A stretch of DNA of 64,000 nucleotides from Eukaryota sp. GEM-RC1 (taxonomy: Eukaryota): assembly GCA_040285855.1 (NCBI GenBank), contig JAUFOQ010000001.1:682001-746000 (forward strand), read 5' to 3'. Below the pieces are notes generated by a model. The model ran no database searches. It was not told the DNA's origin and worked only from the letters and a program-made list of their open reading frames with translations. Of the stretch, positions 62,957 to 64,000 are shown one piece after another. Numbering within the stretch: position 1 is the stretch's first letter; every line of letters begins with the position of its first letter. Both the position numbers and the translations under genes were made by a program.

Positions 62957-63490
62957 CTGTTGTATAAAGACACTGCTAAAAACACTCCAAAAGATCTACC
63001 TCATCCCTCTGCCTCATCCCTCCCAATCCATTGAACTGAGTTCTTTGTTGTCTTTGTTCTCTCTCTTTGAAGAAACAAATCTGAGCCTGTAAGGTAATCT
63101 CGATTTGGCTGAAGCTAAAGATATCTTTGACTTCCATCGTTTTCCATCAGCTTCTGATTACATTTCTTGTCCAGCCAGGATCATGACCAGTCTCTCGTTT
63201 GAAATGACAATCATCAAGGTGATGAACCGACAGATTGGTGATCTCTATGTTACTTAAAGTGCTGCTACCTCTTGCTATCAAAATGTTGTTACCAAAAAAC
63301 AGCAGAAAACTGTGGTTTTATGGATGTCTGCAGAATACAATCGCCGTCTAGTACCAACAGCGTGAACACTAGAAAGCATATTCGACGCTCTTATGCATGT
63401 TTTAAGTGTAATCAAGTTTGTACTTATACAAGAGAATGTCCCAATACGAATGTCAAGGTAAGAACAGTTGAGGGTGAGTTCCCCTGAGTT
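62957..63490 (+). mobile_element. Gag-like remnant with zinc knuckle (5' part probably 61030-61165, split by the hAT)
   Basis: CFKCNQVCTYTRECP, a degenerate CX2CX4HX4C. Confidence 0.45.
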
Positions 63491-63529
63491 GCTCATAATC
63501 AGAACTTGACTATTATAAATTCTAGCTCA

Positions 63530-64000
63530 TTTAATGAAATTGGCAAATTACAACACGACATCGAACAACTGAAAAATACAGCCGCAGAAACTCAAATGGT
63601 GTCAATCAGTTTTTCAATTAAAAATGATTAAATTCTGTCAAACTAGTGAACACTCTGAGTTACAAGTTAGTGGGGATAGAAAGAAAGTTGTTGTTGGAAG
63701 TGATTGTGTAGCTGAAATATCATGGAAGAAGATCCACTTCTTCCAGGTAATGTTTATACTTGGAAGTTGAGGTATCAGGGGCGTAATTGTGGTCTTTTTG
63801 TTTGAGTCATTGACGAGTCAAAGTTTGACGTTGGTGGTCGTTGTTGTTATGAGAATGCTCACTGTTTTGACAATAATAATAGTGTATTTGGTTGTCTCTC
63901 AGGAAACAAGTGCAAGTGGAATCCTGGTGAATTGCTCGCAATCAATACAAATCTAATTAATTACACCTTAACAATCAAATCTGTGATTAATTCTTTAATT
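63530..64000 (+). pseudogene. Headless SPRY-like module of family 1 (coil end plus SPRY), runs off the window
   Basis: EDPLLPGNVYTWKLRYQG..LFV*VIDESKF..NAHCF..GCLSGNK..WNPGELL; frameshifts and a TGA; no BTB upstream. Confidence 0.85.

Noticed and set aside
2763..64000. Diversity-generating retroelement acting on the SPRY modules
   Set aside because: No template repeat differing only at adenines is visible, the patches contain indels, and the only RT sequences seen are Gypsy type. It cannot be excluded outside the window.

Overview
AT-rich eukaryotic (protist-like) genomic DNA with tiny 28-34 nt GT-AG introns. A compact housekeeping block (~19.3-30.7 kb) holds an ATP10/thioredoxin-like coiled-coil protein, a KIF6-like kinesin-9, a WNK kinase, Arp3, an unknown protein and ALG11. 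It is flanked by repeat-rich accessory DNA: a tandem array of divergent cyclin-fold genes with degenerate partner ORFs, 5'-truncated RLE-type non-LTR retrotransposon fragments, Ty3/Gypsy remnants, a MULE remnant and several hAT elements/MITEs with verifiable 8-bp TSDs. The most striking feature is an expanded family carrying a C-terminal SPRY/B30.2-like beta-sandwich module. Its framework is nearly identical at the DNA level, while about five short patches are hypervariable. The module is fused either to BTB-coiled-coil adaptors or to a RING-kinase, and also occurs as a headless pseudogene cassette, with signs of gene conversion between copies. This is a candidate diversifying recognition/ubiquitination repertoire (inference). 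Several single-base frameshifts in conserved genes fall at homopolymer runs and are probably assembly errors. All assignments are by eye; no database search was run.
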